In this document: in pieces, positions 58,828-64,000 of the stretch
Layout: each line of letters opens with the position of its first letter
Position numbering within the stretch: position 1 is the first letter of the stretch
Assembly: GCA_965226555.1 (NCBI GenBank)
Contig: CBDDDG010000010.1
Coordinates: forward strand, 128,001-192,000
Length of the DNA stretch: 64,000 bases
Reading direction: 5' to 3'
Origin: Salinispira sp.
Lineage (GTDB): Bacteria; Spirochaetota; Spirochaetia; DSM-27196; Salinispiraceae
Notes under the pieces: model-generated
Database searches by the model: none
What the model saw: only the letters and a program-made list of their open reading frames with translations
Told to the model about the DNA's origin: nothing
Translations under genes and position numbers: made by a program

Positions 58828-59908
58828 ATGAAAAAATCATCCCAGAGCAAATGCCATATCCACGACATAGCCTTCAAGATCGCCTACTACAGAACCCCCC
58901 GGCTGATTCCCGACCTGCTGCGGCTGTTCTGTGAGGATACAACGCTTGCCAAGCTGGATCTGGACAAAATCCGCATTGAAACCCCCAGCTACATTGCAGG
59001 AAAAAAGAACCTTCACTGCGATCTCGTTGTCAGTGCCCCCTTCCTGTCAGACCCCGATCGGAAAGCTCTTTTTATTATTGAACACAAAAGCTACCTGAAT
59101 AAACATGCTCTCACTCAAATCGATAACTATCAGTATGTCATCAGAAACAGCAATGTGTACAATGAAAGGGATGCTATCTATATACTGCTGCTCTACCACG
59201 GAAAAAATGAATGGAACCTCCAGCGCGAATTTTACAGTTCGCATGGAAATCCAGCTTCCGAATCCCTTACCGAAGGCACGGTAGATGTCAGGGTGAAAGT
59301 GTCGTACATTGTGCGCGATCTTTGTAGAATGACAAAGAAACAGTTGGCATGGCGTTTCGATGGAAAACGATATACATCGACTGCGTTGTGGTATATAATG
59401 CGAGATAATAACAAAGTTTTTCCTAAAGGAAAAACTTTCTATACCTTGAGAGAATCAAGAGTATAGATGAGAGAATCCTCATTTGAAAATTGTGCAGAGC
59501 ACAATTTTCAGTGAGATGGATGCTGAGGGGCTGAAAGAGATTGCGCAGCTCCTGAACGGTCTGTCATCACAAGACTTTACTGATCTGGCAGAGAGTGTGT
59601 TAGGCTATCTAAAAGATTTGGGACTGTATGAGCAGTTTGAGAAAATTGACAGGGAACTGTTCCCTGGAGGAGAAAACAGTATGCGGACATATAACATAAC
59701 CAACGCCTTCGTCAGAGAAGGTATTGCGAAGGGCCGGGTTGAGGGTCTTGAGCAGGGGCGTGCTGAGCTCCAGCGTGAACATGATCGAACCCAACGTGAG
59801 CAGGTACTCAAAATGCTCAGGAAGGGCATATCGATGGACATTATTCATGATATCACCAATCTCAGCGGGGATGAAATTCGAACATTTCAGAAAAACGGTG
59901 AAGCGTAG
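58828..59908 (+). pseudogene. Rpn array copy 2, interrupted by a 103-bp hairpin element; internal ORF 59681-59908 intact
   Basis: Split ORFs 58822-59466 and 59483-59908; insertion 59410-59512 absent from copies 1 and 3. Confidence 0.9.
59410..59512. mobile_element. ~103-bp non-autonomous hairpin element inserted in Rpn copy 2
   Basis: Filled versus empty site comparison with paralogues. Confidence 0.85.
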
Positions 59909-60318
59909 CAGCGCTACTTCAGCGCGCCCCGCGCCGGGGTCAGGTCCAACAGTAATATCTCAAAATAATAAAAACTTTTTGAAAAAATTTCTCATATTCA
60001 CCATTCATATTTACCCCGTCTATATGGTATGAGCGGAAAATATATCGGTATGGCGCCACTCTGACCCACGCAGGATCAATTTTCGGGCTATCTTACGCAG
60101 TCAGTCGGATATCGCCATAGACGCGCTATCCCGAGCTCCCTGAGCGCGCCCGCCGCCGGAAACTGCTGGCTCCGCCTTAATGCCCAAAACACCGAATACT
60201 CTCTTACCGGGCAATTCATATCAATTCACCTTTGCAAAACACAACATTCTTTCAAATTATTTCAAAAAACATAGTTAAAAATGACTTTTCTCCCGTTATA
60301 GATGTAAGAGGAATGTTT

Positions 60319-61356
60319 ATGAAAAAATCATCCCAGAGCACAGGCCACATCCACGACATAGCCTTCAAGATCGCCTACTACAGAACCCCCCGGCTGATTC
60401 CCGACCTGCTGCGGCTGTTCTGTGAAGATACAACGCTTACCAAGCTGGATCTGGACAAAATCCGCATTGAAACCCCCAGCTACATTGCAGGAAAAAAGAA
60501 CCTTCACTGCGATCTCGTTGTCAGTGCCCCCTTCCTGTCAGACCCCGACCGGAAATCTATTTTTATTATTGAGCATAAAAGCTACCTGAATAAACATGCT
60601 CTCACTCAAATCGATAACTATCAGTATGTCATCAGAAACAGCAATGTGTACAATGAAAATGATGCTATCTATATACTGCTGCTCTACCATGGAAAAAAGG
60701 AATGGAACCTCCCACTCACATTTTACAGTTCTCATGGAAATGCTGCTTCCGAATCCATGACTGAAGGCACGGTAGATGTCAGGGTAAAAGTGTCGTACAT
60801 TGTGCGCGATCTGAGGCGAATGGACAAAAAGCAGTTGGCATGGCGCTTCAATGGAAAACGATATACATCGACTGCGTTGTGGTATATAATGCGAGACAAT
60901 GAAATGAACGATGAGGGGCTGAAAGAAATTGCGCAGCTCCTGAACGATCTGTCTTCACAAGACTTTACTGATCTGGCAGAGAGTGTGCTAGGCTATCTAA
61001 AAGATTTGGGACTGTATGAACAGTTTGAGAAAATTGACAGGAAACTATATCCTGAAGGAGAAAACAGTATGCGGACATATAATATAACCAACGCCTTCGT
61101 CAGGGAAGGCATTGCGAAGGGCCGGATTGAGGGAATGGAGAAGGGCATTCTGAAAGGCCGGATTGAGGGACTTGAGCAGGGACTTGAGCAGGGTCTTGAG
61201 CAGGGTCGTGCTGAGCTCCAGCGTGAACATGATCGAACCCAACGTGAGCAGGTACTCAAAATGCTCAGGAAGGGCATATCGATGGACATTATTCATGATA
61301 TCACCAATCTCAGCGGGGATGAAATTCGAACATTTCAGAAAAACGGTGAAGCGTAG
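60319..61356 (+). CDS. Rpn family nuclease, array copy 3 (intact; internal start at 61069)
   Basis: Nearly identical to copy 1. Confidence 0.9.
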   Translation: MKKSSQSTGHIHDIAFKIAYYRTPRLIPDLLRLFCEDTTLTKLDLDKIRIETPSYIAGKKNLHCDLVVSAPFLSDPDRKSIFIIEHKSYLNKHALTQIDNYQYVIRNSNVYNENDAIYILLLYHGKKEWNLPLTFYSSHGNAASESMTEGTVDVRVKVSYIVRDLRRMDKKQLAWRFNGKRYTSTALWYIMRDNEMNDEGLKEIAQLLNDLSSQDFTDLAESVLGYLKDLGLYEQFEKIDRKLYPEGENSMRTYNITNAFVREGIAKGRIEGMEKGILKGRIEGLEQGLEQGLEQGRAELQREHDRTQREQVLKMLRKGISMDIIHDITNLSGDEIRTFQKNGEA

Positions 61357-62070
61357 CAGCGCTACTTCAGCGCGCCCCGCGCCGGGGTCAGGTCCAACAG
61401 TAATATCTCAAAATAATAAAAACTTTTTGAAAAAATTTCTCATATTCACCATTCATATTTACCCCGTCTATATAGTATGAGCGGAAAATATATCGGTATG
61501 GCGCCACTCTGACCCACGCAGGATCAATTTTCGGGCTATCTTACGCAGTCAGTCGGATATCGCCATAGACGCGCTATCCCGAGCTCCCTGAGCGCGCCCG
61601 CCGCCGGAAACTGCTGGCTCTGCCTTAATGCCCAAAACACCGAATACTCTCTTACCGGGCAATTCATATCAATTCACCTTTGAAAAACACAACATTCTTT
61701 TAAATCCCTTCCAAAAACATAGTCAAAAATGACTTTTTACCCGTTATAGATGTAAGAGGAATATTTATGAAAAAATCATCCCACAGCACAGGCCATATCC
61801 ACGACATAGCCTTCAAGATCGCCTACTACAGAACCCCCCGGCTGATTCCCGACCTGCTGCGGCTGTTCTGTGAGGATACGACTCTTGCCAAGTTGGACCT
61901 GGACAAAATCCGCATTGAAACCCCCAGCTACATTGCAGGAAAAAAGAACCTTCACTGCGATCTCGTTGTCAGTGCCCCCTTCCTGTCAGACCCCGAGCGG
62001 AAAGCTCTTTTTATTATTGAACACAAAAGCTACCTGAATAAACATGCTCTCACTCAAATCGATGACTATC

Positions 62071-62201
62071 ACAAAGTTTTGCCACAGGCAAAACTTTCTA
62101 TGAAATAGGAGAATGCTAAGCACAAAGAAAGCATTCCGAATTTGAAACTTTTGCTACTGGAAATTGTGCTCTGCACAATTTCCAGTAGCAAAAGTTTCTG
62201 T
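62071..62201. mobile_element. ~131-bp non-autonomous hairpin element inserted in Rpn copy 4
   Basis: actatc[acaaagttttgcc...gcaaaagtttctgt]agcatgccc versus uninterrupted actatcagcatgccc in the 8824-9885 copy. Confidence 0.88.
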
Positions 62202-62479
62202 AGCATGCCCTCAGAAACAGCAATGTGTACAATGAAAATGATGCTATCTATATACTGCTGCTCTACCATGGAAAAAATGAATGGAACCTTCCACTCACAT
62301 TTTACAGTTCTCATGGAAATGCTGCTTCCGAATCCATGACTGAAGGCACGGTAGATGTCAGGGTAAAAGTGTCGTACATTGTGCGCGATCTTTGTAGAAT
62401 GAAAAAGGAGCAGTTGGCATGGCGTTTCGATGGAAAACGATATACATCGACTGCGTTGTGGTATATAATGCGAGATAAT

Positions 62480-62582
62480 AACAAAGTTTTTCCTTTAGGA
62501 AAAACTTTCTATACCTTGAGAGAATCAAGAGTATAGATGAGAGAATCCTCATTTGAAAATTGTGCAGAGCACAATTTTCAGT
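62480..62582. mobile_element. ~103-bp hairpin element, same site and sequence as in copy 2
   Basis: Matches 59410-59512 except in the first hairpin loop. Confidence 0.85.
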
Positions 62583-63220
62583 GAGATGGATGCTGAGGGG
62601 CTGAAAGAGATTGCGCAGCTCCTAAACGATCTGTCTTCACAAGACTTTACTGATCTGGCAGAGAGTGTGCTGGGTTATCTAAAAGATTTGGGACTGTATA
62701 AACAGTTTGAGGAAATTAACAGGAAACTATATCCTGAAGGAGAAAACAGTATGCGGACATATAATATTACCAACGCCTTCGTCAGGGAAGGCATTGCGAA
62801 GGGCCGGATTGAGGGAATGGAGAAGGGCATTCTGAAAGGCCGGATTGAGGGACTTGAGCAGGGACTTGAGCAGGGGCGTGCTGAGCTCCAGCGTGAACAT
62901 GATCGAACCCAACGTGAGCAGGTACTCAAAATGCTCAGGAAGGGCATATCGATGGACATTATTCATGATATCACCAATCTCAGCGGGGATGAAATTCGAA
63001 CATTTCAGAAAAACGGTGAAGGATAATAGTGCCATATACCGGAATCAAAATAAATATCTTCGTGAATTCCGGTATAATCATATCACCATGAAGAATGACA
63101 TTGATCGGCTTGTCTCAAACATCACATCAATTATATATGTTGAACGAAGGAATCTTGAGTATATTATTGTAGCCATGATCATGGGCGGGCTGCAAAAAAC
63201 TTTGTCAGTGAGGTATTTCT

Positions 63221-64000
63221 ATGCTTGAAGAATTTCAGAACCCTATAAAAGAACTGCATGAGCTCATATTCAATACATGGAGGCATCTTTGACCCCGCTG
63301 GTATTCAGAAACAGGTAAGGGAACTGGAGGAAAAGACTGCGGTGCCCGGCTTTTGGGAATCGTCCAAAAATGCCGAAGCTGTTATGGGACAGATAAAGCG
63401 CCTGCGCGCCGGCATTGAACCCTGGCAGGAACTTGTGCGTGCGATTACCGATCTTGGAGACCTTTTTGAGCTTGCCCATGAAGAACATGATGAATCGGTA
63501 ACTGCCGATATCCGCAATGGTCTTGAGGAAATTCAGAAGAAATATGACAGGCAGAAAATTATTCAGCTCCTCTCCGATACCTACGATGCCAACGGATGTT
63601 ATTTAACCATTCATTCGGGCGCGGGAGGCACCGAGGCCTGCGACTGGGTAAGTATGCTTCTGCGCATGTACAGCCGTTGGATTGATGACCGGAATTTCAC
63701 GGCGCGCACTCTGGATATGCAGGAGGCCGAGGGCGGAATAAAATCGCTTACCCTGCACATTGACGGCGCCTATGCCTATGGATACCTCAAGGGGGAAACC
63801 GGGGTGCACCGCCTCGTGCGTATATCGCCTTTTGACTCATCGGGACGCCGTCATACCTCATTCGCCTCGGTCTATGCCAGCGCAATTATTGATGATACTA
63901 TTGACATTGATATATCGCCGGATCAGATCCGCATCGATACCTACCGGGCAAGCGGAGCCGGAGGCCAGCATGTAAATACAACCGATTCGGCTGTTCGCAT
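63221..64000 (+). CDS. prfB: peptide chain release factor 2 with programmed +1 frameshift (3'-truncated; not in ORF track)
   Basis: MLEEFQNPIKELHELIFNTWRHL then GGAGG-cat-CTT-TGA-C (63279-63293); +1 frame gives GAGGTEACDW, GVHRLVRISPF, RHTSFASV, SGAGGQHVN. Confidence 0.97.

Larger units (their letters stand above)
55333..63026 (+). repeat. tandem array of four leader+Rpn units (basic period 1448 bp)
   Basis: Unit starts at 55333, 56781, 59988 and 61436; near-identical leaders and genes. Confidence 0.95.
61767..63026 (+). pseudogene. Rpn array copy 4, interrupted by two hairpin elements; internal ORF 62751-63026 intact
   Basis: Three ORF pieces; insertions at 62071-62201 and 62480-62582. Confidence 0.9.

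Noticed and set aside
1..64000. tRNA, rRNA or prophage genes
   Set aside because: No cloverleaf/rRNA signatures or phage structural/integrase genes recognised by eye; a tRNAscan/Infernal run would be needed to exclude them fully

Overview
Bacterial chromosomal segment, most likely from a spirochaete (inferred from the 'FARGG' type ABC binding-protein N-terminus and the PAP2-rnf-GH57 gene order; taxonomy not proven). Housekeeping blocks: yidD-metH-rubredoxin-PQQ sugar dehydrogenase; fabZ/accBCDA-capA; sugar ABC-argH-FGGY kinase; MFS, ADP-ribosylglycohydrolase, PAP2, a degenerate rnfCDGEA-like cluster and a GH57 enzyme; frameshifted prfB. These are interleaved with accessory DNA: three FN3+DUF285 (BspA-like) surface proteins, two orphan DNA methyltransferases, two PD-(D/E)XK nuclease-like genes, IS3, IS5 and IS1182 elements, and a family of modular AT-rich hairpin repeats. 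The most striking feature is seven Rpn-family (PD-(D/E)XK) loci, four of them in a tandem array of ~1.45-kb units. All seven carry an internal Shine-Dalgarno + ATG that would produce a separate C-terminal protein (RpnS-type intragenic antitoxin). That small ORF stays intact even where the nuclease part is broken, and the C-terminal modules appear shuffled between unrelated Rpn genes. A rubredoxin and prfB, both absent from the ORF track, were found by manual translation.
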